64,000 nucleotides of DNA, from the NCBI RefSeq assembly GCF_009914755.1, contig NC_060948.1; one strand, written 5' to 3'. Every line of letters begins with the position of its first letter. Position 1 is the first letter of the stretch. The notes beneath the pieces are model-generated. The model was given only the letters and a program-made list of their open reading frames with translations, searched no databases and was not told the origin of the DNA. Source of the stretch: the human T2T-CHM13v2.0 reference genome, Homo sapiens. Position numbers and translations under genes: made by a program. This document shows positions 14,251-28,455 of this stretch, piece by piece.

Positions 14251-17200
14251 CAAATTGAATAGCACGGAATTGAATTGAATGGAATCGAATGCAATGGAAT
14301 CTAATGAAACAGAAAGGAAAGGAATGGAATGGAACGGAATGGGCTGGAATGGAAAGGAATCGAAACGAATGGAATGGAATCGAACTGAAGAGACTGGAAT
14401 GGAATGCACTGGAATGGAAGGGAGTGTAATGGAAGGTTCTCGAAAAAAATGGAATCGAATGGAATGGAATTGAATGGAACGGAATAGAGTCGAATGGAAT
14501 TGAATGGAATGGAATGGACTAGAGTGAAATGGAATCGAACCACAAGGAATGGACAGGAATAGAATGGTCTCGAATTGAATGGAATCGTATGGAATGACAT
14601 CAAACGGAATGGAATGGACACCCACGGAATGGAATGCACTCGAATGCAATGGAGTCGAAACTAATGGACTGGAATAGAATGGACTCGACTGGTACGGACT
14701 CCAATGGAATGGAATCGAATGGAAGGGAATCGAACGGAATGGACTCGAAGGGAAAAGACTGCAATGGAAAGGTCTCGAATGGAATGGAAATTAATGGAAT
14801 GGAATGGAATCGAATGAAATGGAGTCAAAAGGAATGGAATCGAATGGCAAGAAATCGAATGTAATGGAATCGCAAGGAATTGATGTGAACGGAACGGAAT
14901 GGAATGGAATCCAAAGGAATGGAATAGAATGGAATGGAATCGAATGGAAAGGACTCGAATGGAAATCACTCGAATAGAATGCAATTTAATAAAATAGGAT
15001 CAAATGTAATGGAATGGAATGGAAAGGAATCGAAACGAAAGGAATGGAGACAGATGGAATGGAATGGAACAGAGAGCAATGGTATAGAATGGAATGGAAT
15101 CATGTGGAATGGAATTGAATGGAATGGAATAATATGAAATGGAATGGAATGGAATGCCCTTGAATTAAATGGACTGGAATGGAATGGACTCGAACAGAGT
15201 GGAATGGAAAGTGTTGAGATAGAATGGAATGGACTCCTTTGGAATGGTGTAGTATGCAATGCAATCGACTGGCCGGGAATCAAAAGGAATGTAATGGAAT
15301 GGATTGGACTGGAATGCAATGGACTCGAATAGATTGGAAACGGAATGCAAAGGAATGGAATGGAATAGTATGGAATGGAATGGAAAGGAATGGAGTGGAA
15401 TAGACTAGAGTGGAATGGAATGGACTGGAAAGCAATGGACTGGAATGGAACATTCTTGAATGGACTGGAATCAAACGGAATGGAATGCAATGCAATCAAA
15501 TGGCATGGAATAAAATAGAATGAAAGAGAATCAAATGGAATTGAATCGAATGGAATCGAATGGATTGGAAAGGAATAGAATGGAATGGAATGGAATTGAC
15601 TCAAATGGAATGGACTAGAATGGAATGGATTCGAATGGAAGGCAAAGGAATGGAATCTATTGGAATGGACTGTAATGGAATGGAATGGAAGGGATTGGAA
15701 TGGACTCGAATGGAGTGGACTGCAATAGAAAGGATTCGAATGGAATGAAAAAGAATTGAATGGAATAGAACAGAATGGAATCAAATCGAATGAAATGGAA
15801 TGGAATAGAAAGGAATGGAATGAAATGGAATGGAAAGGATTCGAATGGAATGCAATCGAATGGAATGGAATCGAACGGAATGGAATAAAATGGAAGAAAA
15901 CTGGCAAGAAATGGAATCGAAATGAATGGAGTGTTATGGAACGGACTCAAAAGGAATTGAATGTAATAGAATGGAGTGGAGTGGACTCGAATATAATGGA
16001 CTGGAATGGAATGAAATCACATGGAATGGGAACGAATGGAATGGAATGGAAAAGAATGGAATCGAATGGAAAGGAATCGAATGGAAGGGAATGAAATTGA
16101 ATCAACAGGAATGGAAGGGAATAGAATAGATGGTAATGGAATGGACTCGAATAGAATGGACACGAATGCTCAAATTGAATGGACTCGAATGGAATGGAAA
16201 CGAAAGGAATGTCATCGAATGGAATTGAATCGATTGGAATGAAATCGCATAGAATGGAGTGGAATCAAATGGAATTGAATCGAAAGGAAAGGAAGCGAAT
16301 GGACTGAAATGAAATGGAATGGAATTGAATGGAAAGTAATGCAATGGAATAGAATGGAACGAAATTTCACGGAATGGAATCAAACTGAATGGAATCAAAT
16401 CAATGGAATCAAATTAAATGGAATGGAAAGGAATTGAATGGAGTAGATTGGATTGGATGAGATTGGAATGAAATGAACTGGAAAGGACTCGAATTTCATG
16501 AAACGGAATGGAATGAATTGGAATGGAATGGACTCGAATGGAATGGAATGTCATGGAATGGCATCAAATGGAATGGCATCAAATGGAATGGAATCGAATG
16601 CAATGGAATGCTACGGAATGGAATGGAATGCATTGGAATGGAATGTCCTCTAATGGAATGGATTCGAGTGGAATGGAATCGAATATAATGGAGTCGAATG
16701 AAATGGAATTGAAAGGAATGGGATCGAATACAATGGAATATACTGGAATGTAATGTAATGAACTCGAATGTAATTGACTGGAATGGAATGTACATGAATG
16801 GAATGTAATCGAATGGAAAGTAATCCAATGGAATAGAATCTAATGCAATAAAATCGACTCAGATAGAGTAGAATGTAATGGAATGGAGTGCAGTGCAATG
16901 GAATGGAATGGAATGGAATGGAATGCAATGGAATGGAATGGAATGGAATGGAATGTGATGGGATGGAATGGTATGGAATGGATAGTAATGGACTGGAGTG
17001 AAATGGACTGGAAAGGAATGGACTCAAATTGAAAGGGCTCGAAAGGAATGGAGCCAAATGGAATGGTCTGGAATGGAATGAACACGAATGTAATGCAATC
17101 CAATAGAATGGAATCGAATGGCATGGAATATAAAGAAATGGAATCGAAGAGAATGGAAAAAAATGGAATGGAATTGAATGGAATGGAATTGAATGGAATG

Positions 17201-17799
17201 GGAACGAATGGAGTGAAATTTTATGCAGCAGAAAGGAATAGAATGGAATGCAAGCGAAAGGAAAGGAATGGATTGGAATGGAATGGAATTCATTGGAATG
17301 GAAGGGAATGTAGTGTAATGGACAGGCCTGGAATAAAGTGGAATGCTACGGTCTCGAATGGAATAAAAATGTATGGAATGGAATGCAATGAAACGGAATC
17401 GAATGTCATAGAATGTAATGGAATGCAAAAAAATGGAATCCAAAATCATTGACTGGAAAGGCTGGGTGTCGAAAGGAATTGACTCCAATGGAATGGAATC
17501 GAATGGAATGGAAGTGAATAGAATCGAACTAAATCGAATGGAATGGAATTGATAGGAACGGAATGGAAAGGAATGCAATGATTTGGCATGGAATGGAATC
17601 GAATGGCATCGAATGGAATGGAATGGAATGCAATGGAATGGAATGTATTAGAATGTAATGAACTTTAATGGAATGTACTCGAATGGATTCGACTGGAATG
17701 GAATGTTCCGGAAGTGAATGGACTCCAATGGAATGGATTCAAAAGGAATGGAATCGTACGGAATGGAATCTAATGGAATGGAATTAAATGGAAATGAAT
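14251..17799 (+). repeat. HOR unit 5 (3549 bp), extra-HaeIII variant
   Basis: Landmark spacing; GGCCGGG at 15271. Confidence 0.9.
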
Positions 17800-20700
17800 C
17801 AAATTGAATAGCACGGAATTGAATTGAATGGAATCGAATGCAATGGAATCTAATGAAACGGAAAGGAAAGGAATGGAATGGAACGGAATGGGCTGGAATG
17901 GAAAGGAATCGAAACGAATGGAATGGAATCGAACTGAAGAGACTGGAATGGAATGCACTGGAATGGAAGGGAGTGTAATGGAAGGTTCTCGAAAAAAATG
18001 GAATCGAATGGAATGGAATTGAATGGAACGGAATAGAGTCGAATGGAATTGAATGGAATGGAATGGACTAGAGTGAAATGGAATCGAACCACAAGGAATG
18101 GACAGGAATAGAATGGTCTCGAATTGAATGGAATCGTATGGAATGACATCAAACGGAATGGAATGGACACCCACGGAATGGAATGCACTCGAATGCAATG
18201 GAGTCGAAACTAATGGACTGGAATAGAATGGACTCGACTGGTACGGACTCCAATGGAATGGAATCGAATGGAAGGGAATCGAACGGAATGGACTCGAAGG
18301 GAAAAGACTGCAATGGAAAGGTCTCGAATGGAATGGAAATTAATGGAATGGAATGGAATCGAATGAAATGGAGTCAAAAGGAATGGAATCGAATGGCAAG
18401 AAATCGAATGTAATGGAATCGCAAGGAATTGATGTGAACGGAACGGAATGGAATGGAATCCAAAGGAATGGAATAGAATGGAATGGAATCGAATGGAAAG
18501 GACTCGAATGGAAATCACTCGAATAGAATGCAATTTAATAAAATAGGATCAAATGTAATGGAATGGAATGGAAAGGAATCGAAACGAAAGGAATGGAGAC
18601 AGATGGAATGGAATGGAACAGAGAGCAATGGTATAGAATGGAATGGAATCATGTGGAATGGAATTGAATGGAATGGAATAATATGAAATGGAATGGAATG
18701 GAATGCCCTTGAATTAAATGGACTGGAATGGAATGGACTCGAACAGAGTGGAATGGAAAGTGTTGAGATAGAATGGAATGGACTCCTTTGGAATGGTGTA
18801 GTATGCAATGCAATCGACTGGCCGGGAATCAAAAGGAATGTAATGGAATGGATTGGACTGGAATGCAATGGACTCGAATAGATTGGAAAGGGAATGCAAA
18901 GGAATGGAATGGAATAGTATGGAATGGAATGGAAAGGAATGGAGTGGAATAGACTAGAGTGGAATGGAATGGACTGGAAAGCAATGGACTGGAATGGAAC
19001 ATTCTTGAATGGACTGGAATCAAACGGAATGGAATGCAATGCAATCAAATGGCATGGAATAAAATAGAATGAAAGAGAATCAAATGGAATTGAATCGAAT
19101 GGAATCGAATGGATTGGAAAGGAATAGAATGGAATGGAATGGAATTGACTCAAATGGAATGGACTAGAATGGAATGGATTCGAATGGAAGGCAAAGGAAT
19201 GGAATCTATTGGAATGGACTGTAATGGAATGGAATGGAAGGGATTGGAATGGACTCGAATGGAATGGACTGCAATAGAAAGGATTCGAATGGAATGAAAA
19301 AGAATTGAATGGAATAGAACAGAATGGAATCAAATCGAATGAAATGGAATGGAATAGAAAGGAATGGAATGAAATGGAATGGAAAGGATTCGAATGGAAT
19401 GCAATCGAATGGAATGGAATCGAACGGAATGGAATAAAATGGAAGAAAACTGGCAAGAAATGGAATCGAAATGAATGGAGTGTTATGGAACGGACTCAAA
19501 AGGAATTGAATGTAATAGAATGGAGTGGAGTGGACTCGAATATAATGGACTGGAATGGAATGAAATCACATGGAATGGGAACGAATGGAATGGAATGGAA
19601 AAGAATGGAATCGAATGGAAAGGAATCGAATGGAAGGGAATGAAATTGAATCAACAGGAATGGAAGGGAATAGAATAGATGGTAATGGAATGGACTCGAA
19701 TAGAATGGACACGAATGCTCAAATTGAATGGACTCGAATGGAATGGAAACGAAAGGAATGTCATCGAATGGAATTGAATCGATTGGAATGAAATCGCATA
19801 GAATGGAGTGGAATCAAATGGAATTGAATCGAAAGGAAAGGAAGCGAATGGACTGAAATGAAATGGAATGGAATTGAATGGAAAGTAATGCAATGGAATA
19901 GAATGGAACGAAATTTCACGGAATGGAATCAAACTGAATGGAATCAAATCAATGGAATCAAATTAAATGGAATGGAAAGGAATTGAATGGAGTAGATTGG
20001 ATTGGATGAGATTGGAATGAAATGAACTGGAAAGGACTCGAATTTCATGAAACGGAATGGAATGAATTGGAATGGAATGGACTCGAATGGAATGGAATGT
20101 CATGGAATGGCATCAAATGGAATGGCATCAAATGGAATGGAATCGAATGCAATGGAATGCTACGGAATGGAATGGAATGCATTGGAATGGAATGTCCTCT
20201 AATGGAATGGATTCGAGTGGAATGGAATCGAATATAATGGAGTCGAATGAAATGGAATTGAAAGGAATGGGATCGAATACAATGGAATATACTGGAATGT
20301 AATGTAATGAACTCGAATGTAATTGACTGGAATGGAATGTACATGAATGGAATGTAATCGAATGGAAAGTAATCCAATGGAATAGAATCTAATGCAATAA
20401 AATCGACTCAGATAGAGTAGAATGTAATGGAATGGAGTGCAGTGCAATGGAATGGAATGGAATGGAATGGAATGCAATGGAATGGAATGGAATGGAATGG
20501 AATGTGATGGGATGGAATGGTATGGAATGGATAGTAATGGACTGGAGTGAAATGGACTGGAAAGGAATGGACTCAAATTGAAAGGGCTCGAAAGGAATGG
20601 AGTCAAATGGAATGGTCTGGAATGGAATGAACACGAATGTAATGCAATCCAATAGAATGGAATCGAATGGCATGGAATATAAAGAAATGGAATCGAAGAG

Positions 20701-21348
20701 AATGGAAACAAATGGAATGGAATTGAATGGAATGGAATTGAATGGAATGGGAACGAATGGAGTGAAATTGTATGCAGTAGAAGGGAATAGAATGGAATGC
20801 AAGCGAAAGGAAAGGAATGGATTGGAATGGAATGGAATTCATTGGAATGGAAGGGAATGTAGTGTAATGGACAGGCCTGGAATAAAGTGGAATGCTACGG
20901 TCTCGAATGGAATAAAAATGTATGGAATGGAATGCAATGAAACGGAATCGAATGTCATAGAATGTAATGGAATGCAAAAAAATGGAATCCAAAATCATTG
21001 ACTGGAAAGGCTGGGTGTCGAAAGGAATTGACTCCAATGGAATGGAATCGAATGGAATGGAAGTGAATAGAATCGAACTAAATCGAATGGAATGGAATTG
21101 ATAGGAACGGAATGGAAAGGAATGCAATGATTTGGCATGGAATGGAATCGAATGGCATCGAATGGAATGGAATGGAATGCAATGGAATGGAATGTATTAG
21201 AATGTAATGAACTTTAATGGAATGTACTCGAATGGATTCGACTGGAATGGAATGTTCTCGAAGTGAATGGACTCCAATGGAATGGATTCCAAAGGAATGG
21301 AATCGTACGGAATGGAATCTAATGGAATGGAATTAAATGGAAATGAAT
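17800..21348 (+). repeat. HOR unit 6 (3549 bp), extra-HaeIII variant
   Basis: Landmark spacing; GGCCGGG at 18820. Confidence 0.9.
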
Positions 21349-24300
21349 CAAATTGAATAGCACGGAATTGAATTGAATGGAATGGAATGCAATGGAATCT
21401 AATGAAACGGAAAGGAAAGGAATGGAATGGAATGGAATGGGCTGGAATGGAAAGGAATCGAAACGAATGGAATGGAATCGAACTGAAGAGACTGGAATGG
21501 AATGCACTGGAATGGAAGGGAGTGTAATGGAAGGTTCTCGAAAAAAATGGAATGGAATGGAATGGAATTGAATGGAACGGAATAGAGTCGAATGGAATTG
21601 AATGGAATGGAATGGACTAGAGTGAAATGGAATCGAACCACAAGGAATGGACAGGAATAGAATGGTCTCGAATTGAATGGAATCGTATGGAATGGCATCA
21701 AACGGAATGGAATGGACAGCCACGGAATGGAATGCACTCGAATGCAATGGAGTCGAAACTAATGGACTGGAATAGAATGGACTCGACTGGTACGGACTCC
21801 AATGGAATGGAATCGAATGGAAGGGAATCGAACGGAATGGACTCGAAGGGAAAAGACTGCAATGGAAAGGTCTCGAATGGAATGGAAATTAATGGAATGG
21901 AATGGAATCGAATGAAATGGAGTCAAAAGGAATGGAATCGAATGGCAAGAAATCGAATGTAATGGAATCGCAAGGAATTGATGTGAACGGAACGGAATGG
22001 AATGGAATCCAAAGGAATGGAACAGAATGGAATGGAATCGAATGGAAAGGACTCGAATGGAAATCACTCGAATAGAATGCAATTTAATAAAATAGGATCA
22101 AATGTAATGGAATGGAATGGAAAGGAATCGAAACGAAAGGAATGGAGACAGATGGAATGGAATGGAACAGAGAGCAATGGTATAGAATGGAATGGAATCA
22201 TCTGGAATGGAATTGAATGGAATGGAATAATATGAAATGGAATGGAATGGAATGGAATGCCCTTGAATTAAATGGACTGGAATGGAATGGACTCGAACAG
22301 AGTGGAATGGAAAGTGTTGAGATAGAATGGAATGGACTCCTTTGGAATGGTGTAGTATGCAATGCAATCGACTGGCAGGGAATCAAAAGGAATGTAATGG
22401 AATGGATTGGACTGGAATGCAATGGACTCGAATAGATTGGAAACGGAATGCAAAGGAATGGAATGGAATAGTATGGAATGGAATGGAAAGGAATGGAGTG
22501 GAATAGACTAGAGTGGAATGGAATGGACTGGAAAGCAATGGACTGGAATGGAACTTTCTTGAATGGACTGGAATCAAACGGAATGGAATGCAATGCAATC
22601 AAATGGCATGGAATAAAATAGAATGAAAGAGAATCAAATGGAATTGAATCGAATGGAATCGAATGGATTGGAAAGGAATAGAATGGAATGGAATGGAATG
22701 GACTAGAATGGAATGGATTCGAATGGAAGGCAAAGGAATGGAATCTATTGGAATGGACTGTAATGGAATGGAATGGAAGGGATTGGAATGGACTCGAATG
22801 GAATGGACTGCAATAGAAAAGATTCGAATGGAATGAAAAAGAATTGAATGGAATAGAACAGAATGGAATCAAATCGAATGAAATGGAATGGAATAGAAAG
22901 GAATGGAATGAAATGGAATGGAAAGGATTCGAATGGAATGCAATCGAATGGAATGGAATCGAACGGAATGGAATAAAATGGAAGAAAACTGGCAAGAAAT
23001 GGAATCGAAATGAATGGAGTGTTATGGAACGGACTCAAAAGGAATTGAATGTAATAGAATGGAGTGGAGTGGATTCGAATATAATGGACTGGAATGGAAT
23101 GAAATCACATGGAATGGGAACGAATGGAATGGAATGGAAAAGAATGGAATCGAATGGAAAGGATTCGAATGGAAGGGAATGAAATTGAATCAACAGGAAT
23201 GGAAGGGAATAGAATAGACGGTAATGGAATGGACTCGAATAGAATGGACACGAATGCTCAAATTGAATGGACTCGAATGGAATGGAAACGAAAGGAATGT
23301 CATCGAATGGAATTGAATCGATTGGAATGAAATCGCATAGAATGGAGTGGAATCAAATGGAATTGAATCGAAAGGAAAGGAAGCGAATGGACTGAAATGA
23401 AATGGAATGGAATTGAATGGAAAGTAATGCAATGGAATAGAATGGAACGAAATTTCACGGAATGGAATCAAACTGAATGGAATCAAATCAATGGAATCAA
23501 ATCAAATGGAATGGAAAGGAATTGAATGGAGTAGATTGGATTGGATGGGATTGGAATGAAATGTACTGGAAAGGACTCGAATTTCATGAAACGGAATGGA
23601 ATGAATTGGAACGGAATGGACTCGAATGGAATGGAATGTCATGGAATGGCATCAAATGGAATGGCATCAAATGGAATGGAATCGAATGCAATGGAATGCT
23701 ATGGAATGGAATGGAATGCATTGGAATGGAATGTCCTCTAATGGAATGGATTCGAGTGGAATGGAATCGAATATAATGGAGTCGAATGAAATGGAATTGA
23801 AAGGAATGGGATCGAATACAATGGAATATACAGGAATGTAATGTAATGAACTCGAATGTAATTGACTGGAATGGAATGTACATGAATGGAATGTAATCGA
23901 ATGGAAAGTAATCCAATGGAATAGAATCTAATGCAATAAAATCGACTCAGATAGAGTAGAATGTAATGGAATGGAGTGCAGTGCAATGGAATGGAATGGA
24001 ATGGAATGGAATGCAATGGAATGGAATGGAATGGAAAGGAATGTGATGGGATGGAATGGTATGGAATGGATAGTAATGGACTGGAGTGAAATGGACTGGA
24101 AAGGAATGGACTCAAATTGAAAGGGCTCGAAAGGAATGGAGTCAAATGGAATGGTCTGGAATGGAATGAACACGAATGTAATGCAATCCAATAGAATGGA
24201 ATCGAATGGCATGGAATATAAAGAAATGGAATCGAAGAGAATGGAAACAAATGGAATGGAATTGAATGGAATGGAATTGAATGGAATGGGAACGAATGGA

Positions 24301-24887
24301 GTGAAATTGTATGCAGTAGAAGGGAATAGAATGGAATGCAAGCGAAAGGAAAGGAATGGATTGGAATGGAATGGAATTCATTGGAATGGAAGGGAATGTA
24401 GTGTAATGGACAGGCCTGGAATAAAGTGGAATGCTACGGTCTCGAATGGAATAAAAATGTATGGAATGGAATGCAATGAAACGGAATCGAATGTCATAGA
24501 ATGTAATGGAATGCAAAAAAATGGAATCCAAAATCATTGACTGGAAAGGCTGGGTGTCGAAAGGAATTGACTCCAATGGAATGGAATCGAATGGAATGGA
24601 AGTGAATAGAATCGAACTAAATCGAATGGAATGGAATTGATAGGAACGGAATGGAAAGGAATGCAATGATTTGGCATGGAATGGAATCGAATGGCATCGA
24701 ATGGAATGGAATGGAATGCAATGGAATGGAATGTATTAGAATGTAATGAACTTTAATGGAATGTACTCGAATGGATTCGACTGGAATGGAATGTTCTGGA
24801 AGTGAATGGACTCCAATGGAATGGATTCAAAAGGAATGGAATCGTACGGAATGGAATCTAATGGAATGGAATTAAATGGAAATGAAT
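21349..24887 (+). repeat. HOR unit 7 (3539 bp)
   Basis: Landmark spacing; 15-bp deletion at ~22695. Confidence 0.9.
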
Positions 24888-27800
24888 CAAATTGAATAGC
24901 ACGGAATTGAATTGAATGGAATGGAATGCAATGGAATCTAATGAAACGGAAAGGAAAGAAATGGAATGGAATGGAATGGAATGGGCTGGAATGGAAAGGA
25001 ATCGAAACGAATGGAATGGAATCGAAGTGAAGAGACTGGAATGGAATGCACTGGAATGGAAGGGAGTGTAATGGAAGGTTCTCGAAAAAAATGGAATGGA
25101 ATGGAATGGAATTGAATGGAACGGAATAGAGTCGAATGGAATTGAATGGAATGGAATGGACTAGAGTGAAATGGAATCGAACCACAAGGAATGGACAGGA
25201 ATAGAATGGTCTCGAATTGAATGGAATCGTATGGAATGGCATCAAACGGAATGGAATGGACAGCCACGGAATGGAATGCACTCGAATGCAATGGAGTCGA
25301 AACTAATGGACTGGAATAGAATGGACTCGACTGGTACGGACTCCAATGGAATGGAATCGAATGGAAGGGAATCGAACGGAATGGACTCGAAGGGAAAAGA
25401 CTGCAATGGAAAGGTCTCGAATGGAATGGAAATTAATGGAATGGAATGGAATCGAATGAAATGGAGTCAAAAGGAATGGAATCGAATGGCAAGAAATCGA
25501 ATGTAATGGAATCGCAAGGAATTGATGTGAACGGAACGGAATGGAATGGAATCCAAAGGAATGGAACAGAATGGAATGGAATCGAATGGAAAGGACTCGA
25601 ATGGAAATCACTCGAATAGAATGCAATTTAATAAAATAGGATCAAATGTAATGGAATGGAATGGAAAGGAATCGAAACGAAAGGAATGGAGACAGATGGA
25701 ATGGAATGGAACAGAGAGCAATGGTATAGAATGGAATGGAATCATCTGGAATGGAATTGAATGGAATGGAATAATATGAAATGGAATGGAATGGAATGGA
25801 ATGGAATGCCCTTGAATTAAATGGACTGGAATGGAATGGACTCGAACAGAGTGGAATGGAAAGTGTTGAGATAGAATGGAATGGACTCCTTTGGAATGGT
25901 GCAGTATGCAATGCAATCGACTGGCAGGGAATCAAAAGGAATGTAATGGAATGGATTGGACTGGAATGCAATGGACTCGAATAGATTGGAAACGGAATGC
26001 AAAGGAATGGAATGGAATAGTATGGAATGGAATGGAAAGGAATGGAGTGGAATAGACTAGAGTGGAATGGAATGGACTGGAAAGCAATGGACTGGAATGG
26101 AACTTTCTTGAATGGACTGGAATCAAACGGAATGGAATGCAATGCAATCAAATGGCATGGAATAAAATAGAATGAAAGAGAATCAAATGGAATTGAATCG
26201 AATGGAATCGAATGGATTGGAAAGGAATAGAATGGAATGGAATGGAATTGACTCAAATGGAATGGACTAGAATGGAATGGATTCGAATGGAAGGCAAAGG
26301 AATGGAATCTATTGGAATGGACTGTAATGGAATGGAATGGAAGGGATTGGAATGGACTCGAATGGAATGGACTGCAATAGAAAGGATTCGAATGGAATGA
26401 AAAAGAATTGAATGGAATAGAACAGAATGGAATCAAATCGAATGAAATGGAATGGAATAGAAAGGAATGGAATGAAATGGAATGGAAAGGATTCGAATGG
26501 AATGCAATCGAATGGAATGGAATCAAACGGAATGGAATAAAATGGAAGAAAACTGGCAAGAAATGGAATCGAAATGAATGGAGTGTTATGGAACGGACTC
26601 AAAAGGAATTGAATGTAATAGAATGGAGTGGAGTGGACTCGAATATAATGGACTGGAATGGAATGAAATCACATGGAATGGGAACGAATGGAATGGAATG
26701 GAAAGGAATGGAATCGAATGGAAAGGAATCGAATGGAAGGGAATGAAATTGAATCAACAGGAATGGAAGGGAATAGAATAGACGGTAATGGAATGGACTC
26801 GAATAGAATGGACACGAATGCTCAAATTGAATGGACTCGAATGGAATGGAAACGAAAGGAATGTCATCGAATGGAATTGAATCGATTGGAATGAAATCGC
26901 ATAGAATGGAGTGGAATCAAATGGAATTGAATCGAAAGGAAAGGAAGCGAATGGACTGAAATGAAATGGAATGGAATTGAATGGAAAGTAATGCAATGGA
27001 ATAGAATGGAACGAAATTTCACGGAATGGAATCAAACTGAATGGAATCAAATCAATGGAATCTAATCAAAGGAATGGAAAGGAATTGAATGGAGTAGATT
27101 GGATTGGATGGGATTGGAATGAAATGTACTGGAAAGGACTCGAATTTCATGAAACGGAATGGAATGAATTGGAACGGAATGGACTCGAATGGAATGGAAT
27201 GTCATGGAATGGCATCAAATGGAATGGCATCAAATGGAATGGAATCGAATGCAATGGAATGCTATGGAATGGAATGGAATGCATTGGAATGGAATGTCCT
27301 CTAATGGAATGGATTCGAGTGGAATGGAATCGAATATAATGGAGTCGAATGAAATGGAATTGAAAGGAATGGGATCGAATTCAATGGAATATACTGCAAT
27401 GTAATGTTATGAACTCGAATGTAATTGACTGGAATGGAATGTACATGAATGGAATGTAATCGAATGGAAAGTAATCCAATGGAATAGAATCTAATGCAAT
27501 AAAATCGACTCAGATAGAGTAGAATGTAATGGAATGGAGTGCAGTGCAATGGAATGGAATGGAATGGAATGCAATGGAATGGAATGGAATGGAATGGAAT
27601 GGAATGGAACGGAATGGGATGGAATGGTATGGAATGGATAGTAATGGACTGGAGTGAAATGGACTGGAAAGGAATGGACTCAAATTGAAAGGGCTCGAAA
27701 GGAATGCAGTCAAATGCAATGGTCTGGAATGGAATGAACACGAATGTATTGCAATCTAATAGAATGGAATCGAATGGCATGGAATATAAAGAAATGGAAT

Positions 27801-28455
27801 CGAAGAGAATGGAAACAAATGGAATGGAATTGAATGGAATGGAATTGAATAGAATGGGAACGAATGGAATGAAATTGTATGCAGTAGAAGAGAATAGAAT
27901 GGAATGCAAGCGAAAGGAAAGGAATGGATTGGAATGGAATGGAATTCATTGGAATGCAAGGGAATGTAGTGTAATGGACAGGCCTGGAATAAAGTGGAAT
28001 GCTACGGTCTCGAATGGAATAAAAATGTATGGAATGGAATGCAATGAAACGGAATCGAATGTCATAGAATGTAATGGAATGCAAAAAAATGGAATCCAAA
28101 ATCATTGACTGGAAAGGCTGGGTGTCGAAAGGAATTGACTCCAATGTAATGGAATCAAATGGAATGGAAGTGAATAGAATCGAACTAAATCGAATGGAAT
28201 GGAATTGATAGGAACGGAATGGAAAGGAATGCAATGATTTGGCATGGAATGGAATCGAATGGCATCGAATGGAATGGAATGGAATGCAATGGAATGGAAT
28301 GTATTAGAATGTAATGAACTTTAATGGAATGTACTCGAATGGATTCGACTGGAATGGAATGTTCTGGAAGTGAATGGACTCCAATGGAATGGATTCCAAA
28401 GGAATGGAATCGTACGGAATGGAATCTAATGGAATGGAATTAAATGGAAATGAAT
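24888..28455 (+). repeat. HOR unit 8 (3568 bp), 1-bp-deletion / extra-EcoRI variant
   Basis: Landmark spacing; extra GAATTC at 27377-27382. Confidence 0.9.
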
